Below, piece after piece: positions 11,950 to 25,327 of a stretch of 64,000 bases of DNA. Positions within the stretch are counted from its first letter, which is position 1. Each line of letters begins with the position of its first letter. The notes beneath the pieces are model-generated. The model did no database searches and had not been told where the DNA came from. It saw nothing but the letters and a program-made list of their open reading frames with translations. Source of the DNA: Amphiscolops sp. MND2022 (lineage: Eukaryota); NCBI GenBank assembly GCA_964187785.1, contig OZ076409.1:64296001-64360000 (forward strand). The letters run 5' to 3'. A program made the translations under genes and the position numbers.

Positions 11950-14715
11950 TGGTGACAGGATTCCTTTCCGATTCCACAAAAATCAACAGGCAAAAAAACC
12001 ACCCGCCGAAGCAAGACGCCAATCGGATGCACTGCATTTTGACCCAACAAAGTAAAAAATTCACGAATTCATCGACACACTCCAAAAATTGCAAAAGAAC
12101 CTTTCGGCCTAGCGGTTCAACAGCTTACTACATGCGATCTATACAAAAATGCCAAATCATATCAAGAAATTATTCAACAGGTCTTATCCAGAGTTTAAAC
12201 CTAACAATGGCATAGTCTTACACTTAGAACGCGAGATGCGACTCAACGGACTAGGCACGCCAGACTAACCTAATAACTCTGTTAACGCCGCCATGTCGGA
12301 ACCAAAGCGATGACAAAACAAAAGAGCCTACTGTTTTCACTGTTGTAAATACGTCCACTATAAAGCAATGAATTACAAATGCTGTTCGGAAACCAGGGTC
12401 AAAAATGAATGTATAACTAACTTGGACACACAAAATCCCAAATGTGCTACCTGCGGAAAATCCCACAAAAGTGAAAACTGCTGGGACGGAGCCAATGCGG
12501 CGGATGAGCTCAGAAAGAAGAAAGAAAAGAGTTTTCTGCATTCCTTCAAACAAGATCAGCGAACAACCGCTCTCAACCACTGAAATTGAGCTAAAAAACT
12601 AAAATCGCCACGCCTACGATTTTGGGGAAAAGGTGGGTTTGAGGGAAAACCCGAATGATGATACTCCAAATCGCTTCGAAGAGGACCTCATTACCGAACG
12701 TAATGAAGAACCTACACAAAACTGGCAAAGACGTTGGAATGTCCAGGCAAATCTACGCAACAATGCGAAACACCGCTCCCTGAGGATTAACCAAAACCAC
12801 TCCCTGAGTGGGTGGACGAATCTCTAGGCAATTACGCCACACTAAAACGCCCTTGCCAGAATCCAAAAAAGCCGAATCTACGTCTACGACGCGGATCACC
12901 GATGCGATGCTTGGGATGAACCAGATCTACGACACCAATTCTTTACCGTTCAAAATCTACGTCCATAATCCCGCGAAAACAGAGGAAGAAATAGCAAAAC
13001 AACTGTCCCCAATTTGGAAAAAAAAACATAGGAATACCCGACACTTGCTGCCACGACAACGTCGACTTCTATGGGATGTCTCCTTGTCTACATGTCTACC
13101 TGTCTGGGCGACGATCCATCAATGCAACCCAGAATAGAAGATCAACCCACCCAACCACTCCAACCAAAAATCGAACCTGAAATTAATCAACAAACCAATT
13201 CAAACACCAACACCAATACGCAAAAAGAGCCAAACACCTTACCACTAGATATAAACGTGATACGCGATCTCATCCAACATGACAAAGACGACAGCTACAT
13301 CCCGTTAATGTCAAAAATCACACTCAGAAAGAAATGAAGAAAGTGTTTCATTCCCTTCGAGTTCAACAACGTCAAACTCGACGCGCTAGTTGACTCATGT
13401 GCGTTAATAAAGGTCATCAGTGAAATGGACAGAGAAAAGATCAGACAAGAAGCAAACCAGTGCATCACCGATACAGCGCCGCCTCAATCTTTCCAAGTTT
13501 AATATACAAATACTGAACTAGAACATGCTCTCACAACCCAACAACCTAAACGATGAAGTTCAAAACAAATGATTTGCTTCCGGAGAAACATTCATATATT
13601 GACCAAAACCTCCATACTCGATAATCGGACTGGCTTTTCTACGCAAGTACTCCACAATACTAGATACTGCACAGGGAACAATTCGGCTCCTAAAAATTCA
13701 GATCACCATCAGCCTCACTAACGAAAAGCAGTAAAAGAACCCAACGCCCTTTACAATCAAGACGGAGAGTAAACTTCGGATTCCAGCACAAGCCACCCGA
13801 ATAATCCACGCGTATAATTACGAACAACGACAAATCGGTAACTGGGACCATACAACCGGTACAACGATTTGACGAATACGCCGAGCTCAGTGTCGCCGCA
13901 GCAATAACAACAACCGGGGGCAAAGGAGTACTCATCAAAAAAACCAATACCACGGACTTTCCATTTACGATAACTCGCAACACCAAATTATCAGACCTAC
14001 GAAGTCTAAAACCAGAGGAAACAAATCCATCAGATTAAGTGACATAGCAGCTCTGAACCTACTAATCAATCACGACGACATAGTAACATACGTCATGCAC
14101 TCATGCAAGTTGCATCCTAGGACAAAAACAAAGGCAACCAATCAGAACACACACCAATACTGTAACATATCCTTAAAGAACTACGGGAACTAGCACAACT
14201 CGAAAAACTAGACCCCAATGTAAGCGAAGAATCCCGAAACAAACTCCTGTCAATGTTCAAATGGGACGACTCTCTAATCACAGGCGAAGACAGAGAAAAA
14301 TTTAAATCCATCATTGTCGAGTTCAACGACATACTCGCGAGACACAGACAAATCATCGGAATGAACACGCAATCCATGGTCACCCAAACACCAGAAGACG
14401 AGAAACCAGTTTTCCTCAGAGCCTACTAGTTCCGATCATTCTCAAGGATGACCTAACAGTGGAGCTGGTACGAATGCACTGCTGCGTCATCATAACGACA
14501 CTGCTTTTCTCGAAGTACGCCAGTCCAATCTTTGCGCAACGCAAACCCAACGGAAAGCCGAGATTGCTGGCAGACCTACATAAGATCAACGCGCTTTATC
14601 AGATTGCTACATCAAAACCAACCACCCATCAGCACCCTATTTGATGCCGCTGAGCATCTCGCATGTAAGAAACTTTTCTGCAAACTTGATTGTACTCAAG
14701 CATACCAGTGTCTTT
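11950..14715 (+). mobile_element. Decayed Gypsy/Ty3 retrotransposon (PBS, gag, protease, 5' part of RT)
   Basis: PBS-like TGGTGACAGGA at 11950. Zinc knuckle CATCGKSHKSENC (~12445-12483), protease-like LDALVDSCA (~13380), and RT motifs SKYASPIFAQRKPNGKPRLLADLHKIN and KKLFCKLDCTQAY. Many stops and frameshifts. Confidence 0.85.
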
Positions 14716-15435
14716 CACCATTGTACGGAAAATGACGAAGAAGCCATCCAAACTCATGGAAGAGATCACGAGATAATTCTGATAGAACACAGATTTATGG
14801 ACATGAATCGCCAAATTGGGGTATTGATGAGCATGGTAAAAGCCCTTACTGAAAAGATGTCTATTAGTACGGAAGAGAAAGGTCAAAGTGTCCGAAACGA
14901 TGAGACGTCACTACGTTCTGACATGGTAACAGGAGTTTCGGCGAATCCAATTCCGACTTCCAACATACAACAGCCACGCAGAACGTCCCAATCGTTCCAC
15001 AAAGCACAAATGGATGACGTCATGACGGAAATCCAGATCATCCCATCATCAATGACAGTTGGAGTATATTACCACCTAAAGAACTCCTTTACAAATTCTT
15101 TTATTCAGAGGAAATCATGTAACGAGTTCAGAGGAAGTATAACAAACTTGAACATCACAGAAGAATCACCTTAGACCTCACTTACACAAATTGACCGAGG
15201 AGCAGAAGCTGAATTTCTCCAAGAGCCTCCTCAGGGACAATGCTATTGATTTCTGGCGAAAAATTTCTCGGAAAAATACAACTGAAACAACGCTGATGGA
15301 CAGTCTGAGAGCTTTTAACAAAGAGTACGCAAACGAAGACCTCGAAAAAGTGTCGAAAAATCACTTTGACCAAATGAGGAAAGACCCAACCACGAAGTCG
15401 TACAATTTCAGAAGAACTGGTCAAAAAGTTCAAGT
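14716..15435 (+). mobile_element. Fragment of a second Gypsy-like element: LTR 3' end, PBS and gag start
   Basis: ...TCTGACA|TGGTAACAGGAGT at 14923/14924, followed by gag-like LTEEQKLNFSKSLLRDNAIDFWR...FNKEYANEDL. Confidence 0.65.
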
Positions 15436-15439
15436 CGAT

Positions 15440-18400
15440 CAATGCAAGCCTCGCAGCTGCTTGCGGCCTCGCACGGCAACCTCTCGTCGCATGAAACAAT
15501 ACATCCTCTTGACAGAAGCAAGAAATCGACGAACGAAAACTATCATCAAAACGAGAGACGTTCGCAGCAGTTGCTTTCGGGTCACGAGTATTTTCACTGT
15601 CAGTATTGGAAATTTCAAAATCTTGCGAAGAGTTCCCAGCAATATACCATGCCACCATACTGGACCAACAGCGTCGAATAATAACTACGTGGTACGAAGA
15701 ACAGGCAACAAACGAAGTTATGCGAGTCTCGAATAAGATCCATCTGAACGCTTTTAAAGGGTTAGCAACGAACAGCCTGTCGTTGGTACGACGGTGTTTG
15801 TCCGGCGAGAAAGACAGAAAGCAACAGTTTGAGGAGACGACTACATTGAATAAAGTTTCGAAACGAGACGATTGCGTCAATCAGGTGTAGAGGGTAACAA
15901 AATTCCGGAACACGGGTGCATTGTTTGGTCTTTCCGGCCAAGTCCTTGAAAAATTTAAAAGAAATCCGTGGGTCTTTTAGCCATCGTGACTCGGTTGTGA
16001 ATCTAAAAACCGGTATTCCTCTGGTGTGATCATCGGTCGGGTTCAAGGCTGTGGGAACAAAACGCCACTGAGACACAGATGAAGTTGAGAGATTGATGAA
16101 TAAACAGTTACATATCCGGCTCTCGGATGAGTTGATCCAGCAAATAACAGTAGTGTTGTCTGTCTAATTCACGATTGAATCAGAAGAAAAGTTTTGCTCG
16201 TCTCATCTAGTTTGACCCCGTTATTTGCTGACAACAGTTCGATGTTGGTGGTGGTCTTTCGTTTGATTGTTGCAACTCCCCGACTTTTTCGTAAAAAACG
16301 GGTAATTCCATATGGACTGGTTGTTTGGACGCTTCGACAAAATTTCAATTGTTTGAAATGTTGAAACTTTTGCTACTTTCTCGAATAAAGCTTTCAAATC
16401 AGGGCAGTGGACAATTCCAGTGCTTGTTTCGCTTCCAACTTTGGTCAAGAGAGGTGTGAACCATAATTTGAACAGGGACAACATACCAAGAGGTTCGAAA
16501 AAGGAAGAAACTTTCTTCAGAAGCGTTTTTTGTGTTAGTTTTATTGGAGTGTTATGAACGTTGATTAGTTGCAAAACAATAGCAATCGTCAAATGGATTT
16601 CATTATACAACTAAAACCCTGTCAGTCTCTCAATGACTTCAATGTTTGTTTTAGCAGGTGCTGAATTCGACCGCTCGGATTCCGGAAAAAGTTGGACTGC
16701 TGATTGAGTTTAAAAAGATTGGACATCCATTTCGTTGGATTGAAACTACCGGTTACTAAAAATGATTGGAGGTCTTTGCGCAATTTCTCGGGTTCTTCAA
16801 GGGTATCAGTGGTTAAATAGGAAGTCTTCAACGTTGATGTGTCGAGCCAGTCAATAGGCCATTTTGTCGTCTTCGACGCAGTCGCACTGTCGAACAGCCT
16901 AGCAAGCAGCACACGGTGAATCGTTCGCGCCCAAAACATGGCGGTTCCTTTCGTGAATTTCGTTTGGCTAAGAATATCGTAACAAACGTCTATCTGAAAT
17001 GAGTTCAGGAACTTGCATGAACATTGCTTCACTGTCAGCGGATAAGGCAACACATTTTTCACGAAAGCGCAAAACCAAACCAGTAAGATTACATAAAAAG
17101 TCTGGTCATTTGGCAAGATTAGAGTTCAGCAATTTACCTTTATAAAATGAGGGTGCGTTGGCAACTCTCCAAATTTTAACAGGTTTATTTACAATGATAA
17201 CATGGTGGCAAAGAAGACACCAAGCTTCTCTTTGATTCGCTTTTAAATCGGGTACAACAGACACAATGCCTCGTTGTGAGTCACAATAGAGGCTTTGTAA
17301 AGAGAAGTTTGTTGAGGTTTCTGTGTCAACTTGACTTCAAGTGGAGTTTTTGGCTACCCATTTGTTACATGACAGAGAGACATGGTTTTTTCAAAGTAGA
17401 ACGATTTCAAAGTACCCCTCAACAAGATTCGCAGTGTTCTTCAAGATGGAAAGCGTTTGCTGATTTTCGGCAGAGAGACTCTTTTTGCCAATCGAGATTC
17501 CAGAGCAATCAATGTGCATCCACTCTTGAACTTGGTGGAAGAAAGCGTCTTATCGAGATTGAAAATTCGTGACATTTGTGACAGCTGTTGTCGGAAGTGT
17601 CGAACGAGAGACAATTGTCCAACAAGTTTGATCGACATAGCCATGGTGTGTTGGGTGGCCCTAGACTCACAATAAGACTATGAATGAAGTCGACTTAATC
17701 TGAACTGATGAGAAGGTCGACAATTGATTGTTTAAGGTAAGGAAATGATATGTGTTTCAGGGGAGGGTACTGTCGACATAATGAAATATTGGGCGCTGAA
17801 TCAAATGTTTGGAGGTTCAAGGTAGGCACCGCCAAAACATTGCGCAACGGCATTGGCGCTGAAGCTTTGTATGGAGCATTTGTCCATCCGATTGGTTTAG
17901 CAGCAATTGTTGATGTAATAGTGACGCCTTCAAGAAGACTAGGAGGATACTCTGGTAAATGAGCCAATGAAGTTCCAGCGAATTTTTTGTTGATCAACGA
18001 CATTGAGCTGCATGTGTCCAGAAGAACGAAAACGTCTGCAGTTTTACCATTCGATAGAATTGTCACACGCTCAATTGGACGGATACCGGGGGTTAGAAGC
18101 AGCGCAGTGGACAAGGTTGTAGATTAAAACGGGTTGTTAGCTTGTCTGTTATTATGGAACAAGGTATGGTGTTTTTCATACATCCAAGGTGTTGAAATTT
18201 TTGCGGTCAATTGGAGAAAAGGCGTTGAAATACTTGCATCTCCCCAAGTAAACACAACATTTTTTCCGGACATGAACTAGTGTTTGACGATGACGGTGTG
18301 ACGAAAGGAGTTTTGGAATTGTGGCCTTCAGTTCGAGCATTTGTTGATGAGGAGGACTGCTTGTTTTCTATAGTTTCAGAGAAAAGAATAAAGCTTTCAC

Positions 18401-19680
18401 GAGATGCTGAAGCAAAGTTTTGATGCCAACGAGCACAATTTCCGAGCGAAAAGTCTTTTCAATCCAGCCTAATATCGGCCGGCAATTTTGAAAGTGAACT
18501 GGTAAGATTGACTGTAGAGAGAATATCATTGAGAAACCTCAGTTATGTGAAGGTATCCATAAAAGAAGAAATAAAATATGCATAGTTCGTATTAGAGTGA
18601 GGATCATCAGTTGATGGCTGCCTGAATGTTTTTAGACGCTGAAGGAATGACATCACAATACAATCAGGTTGGCCGTATCTTAACTTCAATATTGGTAGCG
18701 CGTACTGGTACATCGCGGGATAACAATCAAAAACTGCAATGAACCTGCAGAGAAGCGTTTGTGAATGAATTATCATCTCTGCATGGAAAATTGCAGCAAA
18801 TTCGATGAAAGCGGGAAACAGACTAAACCAATCTAACCAAGCCAAACGATCCCCGTGAACCACAGCTGGTAGAAGTTTTGTTGGTCGACGTTGTGGTTGT
18901 TGTGGTTGCACAGTATCATCTGTATTGACACGAACGGTGTTTGTCGCGCTGGTAGACGCGGGATCTCTAACGTTGACATGCGCAGAAGTGTCGAGTGACT
19001 GCATAATACCAGAAGGATTGGGCTTGATTGTTGTTTGACAATTGGCTCAAACGTGGTTTGTGAAAATGAAACGGCAGAGGTACAGCTTTAGAGTGGTCTT
19101 GTTACGGATGATGCGAAGATGATCAACATGAAATGTCGGATGGAAGGTCAGAAAATGCAGCTGCCGTTGTCAGCTGAACATTAGACATTCTACCAACATA
19201 AGAAGATTTTTACTTCTGGCCAGTGATAACTTGAAGCGTCGAATGTCGAACTTGATAGATGTCAATTTGATGAGAATTTGCCGAGCGAACCAGTTCGGCT
19301 TCAGCAACTCTTAACACCACCGTTACAGAACTTATTCTATCAAAAGCAGTGTCAGCACATCTTTGCCGAGGGATAACTAAATCGCAATTTCCTCTGATGT
19401 AACAAAATGACACTCCGGAAAGTGTTAATTTCAGAAGGCTCCGTCTCGACAGTTTGAGTTTCGGCCGAGGCGGCAACATGGGCACCTTCACCATTAGAGG
19501 GCTCACGATGACGTAAATTATAAGTTTTGAGAGTTATTGTAGAACAGTTTACTATTTTTGTTGGAAACAAGAGATGTTACCATTTTCAGATTCTAGACGA
19601 ACGATCTCTAGACGAATCTCACCCTGATTGACCCGTGCGAGTGACGCACCTTGAATGTGTCAAGGATCAAAAGTTGTCAG
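15440..19680 (-). mobile_element. Decayed BEL/Pao retrotransposon
   Basis: Gag DUF1759-like DRLAWLDWFSLF...LKLRYG (18543-19004), protease VLLDTCSSMSLI (17695-18114), Pao peptidase/RNaseH-region KTLLKKVSSFFEPLGML and QWRFVPTALNPTDDHTRG...RWLKDP. PBS-like TGATCCTTG next to ...CTGACA on the minus strand at ~19661-19680. Confidence 0.85.
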
Positions 19681-20448
19681 CAAAAGGTGTTAATGACTAG
19701 CTTGAGAAGAGAGCCTGTCTTGGTTGTTTTTTTTTGCGCTGTTTCTTCTGGAGAGAAACAAGGTTTCGTTGATGCTTGAGTACAATGCGGAGTAGACGGT
19801 AGTCCAAGGCAAGCGAAAGGTGAACACTACTCAAACAACAAATAACAGAAGGAGCCTTTCTTTTTCGTTGAGACAACTCTTTATGGTTTAGCATCTAGAG
19901 TGCGAGTTCCTGTTGAAAGAAAGATTTTTCCGGCGAACGGGACTTTCGCATCGTGGAATGTAAACTTTTGCGCTGATGCTCTTTCGTAATTCAAACAGAA
20001 GTTGAATCAACATTTCACGTGACAAGGATGGGTAATTATTACTCCGATGCTTCGAATACTGTTACTGATGACACCGTGTGAAATGATTGCGTTTTGTTTG
20101 CTTACTAATGAGTTTAAGACGAAGAAAATCACTTCCATTGTTTCAAAATGTACAATATCTGTACAGACAAAATTGAAAGGCCTATCTTTTTCAGGGAGAA
20201 AGTTCAAACCACATGTAGACAATTCGGCTTACAACAATCAATCGATCGCTGTTCGAGGTCCAAGCAAGGATGTGTTGAACCTTAAGGTTCAATTAATGGC
20301 TCCAAAAATTGATCCGACTTAGAATCAAGCTTCCAAAATTGAATCTGGCTCACAAAAAATTCAAATAGCAAAGTAATGACTGAGTTGCATACAATTGTTA
20401 GCAACTCAGTCCTTACTTTGATATTTAGAATTCATAAGTCAGATTGAC

Positions 20449-21023
20449 TTTTAGTCGGCGCTTCATGAAGTGAAACGCGAATTTTATAGGGATTTTTTTT
20501 CAATCCACACAAACTAACCAAAATGATTCCTCAAAGTTCTACAAAATTTTATGGTCCCAAATTGAATCATTTGCCTAAGCGAACTGAACCAAAAATATTT
20601 TCGCTTTTTTCCGCGTAACATACAACACCGGGCGAGACTAAAGGGTTCCCCCTTTCAGGTTTTTTCGGCTTTGTGAGACGTTTTTCGAAAAAACACTTTT
20701 TTCCCAAAGGGACCTCGTTCAATTTTTTGATGTTTTGCGACAAAATGATTGTTGAAAAATTCCAATGGTCCTCCCTTTCAGTTTTTTCGGCATTGTGAGA
20801 CTTTTTTCTGAAATATTTTTTTCACCAAAAGACCCCCCATTCAATTTTTTGATGGTTTGCAACAATGGAGGTTAAAAAATGCAAAAAGGCCCCCGGCGCG
20901 CTAATTTGGTCCAAATTTTGCGTTTTTCAGGTACTGTCGAAGAGAATATTTTGTCACTTTGAAGTCCTTTTGCTATTTTTGAGCCTTAGATATGGCGCCG
21001 ACTCGGGTCGGTCCCGGCTTGTT
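20449..21023 (+). mobile_element. HINE/Helentron-like family copy
   Basis: TTTTAGTCGGCGC ... GAGCCTTAGATATGGCGCCGACTCGGGTCGGTCCCGGCTTGTT. Confidence 0.7.
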
Positions 21024-21899
21024 GGAGCCTCTTGATATCATTAGCTACATGAACAACGGAGACCATACTACTGATTCATGCAGGCCTTCGAGTCTCAAAT
21101 CAGACTTCGACACGAAACGTCTTTTGTGCAAATGTTCCGTTGGTCAAAAATGTAATGATTAGCTTGCAGTGCTGTCGCAGGCTGCCGCCTGTGACGGGAC
21201 TAGGGTCACAACAACCGCATAAGGACAAGAGACAGCATCTGGCACCCTTCCAATCTACTGACTGAAAGTTAACATTAGAACTTGAACCTTTTACATTAAC
21301 TCATCATTTCTCATACTTTTTTGTTTTTAATGGTGTTGCTTATTTTCTTATTTTTATACGCAAATTCTAGTCTGATAAAACTTACAATCAGAGGATTCAA
21401 ACTGAATGTTCGAAAGAATCAGAATTCGGCAGTGCACTATTATGCTTATAGTAATTGAGGCAAATAACAATGCAGCTAGACGGCGTAAAGAAAACGAGTT
21501 CAAGTGAACGAAACTCCTATTCCGGAGATGTCACTTGAGTTCGTTACTTTAGCCAATCGTAATCACTCGTTTAGTAATACTGTACCAATCTTAACTACTC
21601 GGCCGGTAAAGGCCAGATGACGTAACCTTATTCTTCATAATTGGCATTTCAGTCGAATGGCTGTTTCTGGCCGCCTTGTGCAGATTAAAAAAATTTCACT
21701 AGTTGCTTATATAATTAACCAATGCAGGCTTAGATATGTCTTTTGTGCTAGTTAAGTACCTTTTTGTGGTACTGTGCCTTTTTTAATTAAAGGGCCAAAT
21801 AATGCCGTTTGACACACTAGTGCTTTTGTTGTATGGACAAATTGGAAAGTGGACAGTTCAGACCATTTCTTGAACTTATTATCCGAATACTATGATGAA

Positions 21900-23147
21900 G
21901 GTGTTAATGTAATTTAAACGTCATGTAAATCAACATTTATGTTGGAAACATTCATAAAACCCCCGAAATTGACCTGTGCAAATTACAATAGACCAGCAAT
22001 GACGCAACAAACACCAGTCCTCGGGACTGCTCGGACTATTTCCATTCACCGACCCCATCTGCTTTATAGCCGTATAAGGCGCTATTCATCATGAGAAACA
22101 GCATGCAATGGTGTTGAATGAGTGTTGAATCTGCCTGCTTGTGTAGGCAGGTGCCAACGCTAAATACCGCAAATATTTGTTGTTAAGCAGTACGGGGATG
22201 ATAAATTGTTGATGTCATGAACTATTAATCAGGAATGTTTAGCGTTTGATCGTTAGAATAATTTGTTCAATTTGATGCTTTGATGCAATTGCCAGGTTAG
22301 CCGCTAAAGCGCAAGTCTTTATTGATGTTGCTCATGATTAATCACATGACCAGTTAGGGTCACTACCATATTATGATTTTCTTGATCGAAAAATGTAAGG
22401 AATGCGAGTGTCAGTCTTTCTGGGGTATAAATACCCACACCTCTCCTGAAAGGGACACAATTCTTACTTGCTATACTTCGATAAAGATACCTTTTCTTCA
22501 CAAACAGTTCTCTGTTAGTTTTCCGGTTCTGAATAATTCATTATTTAATCCGGTTTTTTCTTGATGCCTAATACTGGAAAACAGAAGAAAGCTAGGACGT
22601 CTAGAGGACAAGAGATGCTTTCAGATATAGAGAATCTAGACATCATGCTTGGAGAAAATCATTTTAACAGAAATGAAAGAGACATGAGCCTCAATAGTAA
22701 TCATGGTGAAAGGCCCGAGAGTGCCTTGGATGATGAAGGTGAAAACAATATTGAAAATAGGTCCTTAGACTCAAGAAATATCGGTGCTGGTATTGATGTC
22801 GATCATGCCAGAAGCTCATCTAGTGGTAACTCTAGTGCAGAAATCAACAAACTGTCGAGTGAGTTAAACAAGATTATCTAGGGAACCAGATGAAATGATG
22901 AGCAGTGTTAATACCCAAATCCAAAGGGCAATTAGTGATGCAATAAGTTGTCAGATTTTGCCTCAGATCCAGACTGTCCTAAATACCGGATCTGGTCGCT
23001 TGACACAAGATAGATGGAACGTTCCGGCCGAAAGACCGGAGGTATACTCCGAAAGGTTCTGGGCAGAGAAGACTAAAGGAAGCTCAAGAAGTGAGCCAAT
23101 CCGTGATCGTCATAAGGACGAATTCATTGATCCCTGTGCTTACGACA
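21900..23147 (+). mobile_element. Solo-LTR-like segment (copy 2) with Gag-N-like ORF MPNTGKQKKAR...SDIENLDIMLG
   Basis: TATAAATA at ~22425, GGGACACAATTCTTACT motif, ORFs 22561-22881 and 22895-23179 similar to copy 1. Ends in ...TACGACA. Left boundary is approximate. Confidence 0.55.
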
Positions 23148-23206
23148 AGTGCAACCACGGACGCTTTCGCTTGAATTAAAGCTTAACTGATCAGGTAGCT
23201 CACGGT

Positions 23207-23362
23207 CCGAAAGATGGTGATCTACGCTTGGACAGAGAGAAGCCATGCAAAAACCACGCACCGATTCTGACGTGCAAATCGATCGTCAGACCTAATCATA
23301 GGGGCGAAAGACTAATCGAACCATCTAGTAGCTTGTTTCCCCCGAAGTTTCCTTCAGGATAG
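23207..23362 (+). pseudogene. 28S (LSU) rRNA fragment, diverged and internally deleted
   Basis: Conserved eukaryotic LSU blocks CCGAAAGATGGTGA..., CTGACGTGCAAATCG..., ATAGGGGCGAAAGACTAATCGAACCATCTAGTAGCT..., CCGAAGTTTCC.TCAGGATAG. Confidence 0.92.
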
Positions 23363-24040
23363 TAAAACTCGCTAAGGAATTGACGTAGTACTAGTAGTAA
23401 TTTAAGGGAAACTGCTTCACCATTATCCACTACCGATCTGAAACTTTTTCCGATTTTCCGGTTCTTTTTACCGATGCATGGACGTGTGATCAGAGCTTTT
23501 CAACTGATTGGGAAAATGATTGACACTTTTTCAACAGCCCACAAAAATTTTTTCCTGTAAATGTTTAATCGAGTCCTCAGCAAAAATTGAGAGTATGATT
23601 TGCCATCCCTTGTTGAATCCCGAAATTTTTTAATGCTGTCATTATATATACAAGGTTTTTTTTACAAACATCGAAAACTCAGGGAGCATGATGATCATCG
23701 TATGACTTTCATGTTTTATATGTGGCCATCGAATTTAAATGTTTTCCATGAAGAATGTGGTATAATTGAGGAGTTTATTTCTAAAAAACCCTTCCAATAG
23801 TAGTAGCCTTCGGCTGTATAACTTGAAGGTGCAACCGAAGATGAATCAATTTTACCTCTGGTAATGATGGTAATGAAAAACTGATACAGTAAGAAACTAT
23901 ATAGTTGTTGCGTAACTGTTCAACTAGCTTCAAGTCGAGCAATAACACTTTTGTTACAACCAATACCTTCCTTACAGGTAGATTTGTACGTCATTCGCTA
24001 TCAATCATTGATAAGTCAGCTAGTGATGCAAAAAATGGTC

Positions 24041-24657
24041 ACCCGGGTTGACCCTATTACTAGCACTTGGCTGACTTGTAACTGATCTTTCCTGTCGATT
24101 CCGGAGACGGAGAAAAATGGTCTCAAACGTCCAAAGCCACTATCGGAAAGTTACACAGGGAACACTAAGAAATCAGGAAATTCTTTGTATATTCCTATCT
24201 CCCTCTGTCTTTGAGCCTGTTTCAGCGGCCGTATTACTGCTGGAAATGGTGGTCATTGTCCCGGTTTTGGCAATGATTCAGCTCGAGGCTTTTCTGACGC
24301 CGTTGTTGGCGACGGTTTTGCAATTGATCGAACTATTTAATCAGTGCATCCCTAAATATACAACATAAGGACTTTTCATTCAATTTTTATACCTTGCTAA
24401 CAGAAAGTTTTAATGTCTAACAAAATAAATCTGCAAAAATGTCGATTTTTGTTGACTTCCTGTCAGATTTTCTTCTGGCCAAACGGGATTTTGCAATAAA
24501 ATTTTTCTTGGGAACATGGCTCTCTTGATAAGATCTTACCATGACATCTTGCAATTCTTGGCAATATCTTGGCAAGATCTTAGCTAAGATTTTTCCATGA
24601 TCTTGGCAAGATCTTGCCAAGATCTTACTAAGATATCCATGGAGGGTCGAACCGGGT
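24041..24657. mobile_element. MITE-like element with ~15-bp TIRs and (ATCTTGGCAAG)-type subterminal repeats
   Basis: ACCCGGGTTGACCCT at 24041 versus the reverse complement of AGGGTCGAACCGGGT at 24643-24657 (13/15). Repeats at ~24520-24635. Confidence 0.45.
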
Positions 24658-25327
24658 ATTGATAAGTCATTTCAAAATGAAACTGATGTTTCCAAAACAG
24701 TCTCAAGGTTGACCAGTCAGTATAAAATCAGCGGGTAATCACCGGAAATGTGTCGAAACAAAAACTCTCTTTTTGAAAGCTGCTCTGGTTTTTGAAAGTA
24801 CTTGGGTACTTAATCAGAAAAGCGTTCAAAAACGTTCATAATCCTTCACTGAAAGAACACCGGACTAAAATTGCCTTATAAAGCTTTGGACCTCCACAAC
24901 TGCAGCATTACATGAAATATCTGTTGCTGAAATATTTGTTATTTGCAGGTTCCTGTGGCAAAAAGCTCTGATTTTCGCTGATCCTACGTTTTGGAATTAT
25001 TACCTGATAGTTTAGTCGAAATTCACCTCTATAAATTATCGAATTGCACATGAAACTATATGTCAATAAAAATGACAGCAATACAAAACAAATGTGAAAT
25101 ATATCATATAAAATTCAAAACTTTCTGGAAAAAAGTTTTTTCTCAGAGACCTCAAACAAATTGTCAGTCTATCAGTCTATCTGAAAACGAGTGGTATTTA
25201 TATGCTTAATTTTTTCGCTCAGTCCTTTGTTACCCCAAACAGACCCATAACCACCGTCAAACCCATAGATGAAAGTCTACATGTTTTATCACTGGGAATA
25301 TATAGTCCAGGTCATCTGTCCCCGATC

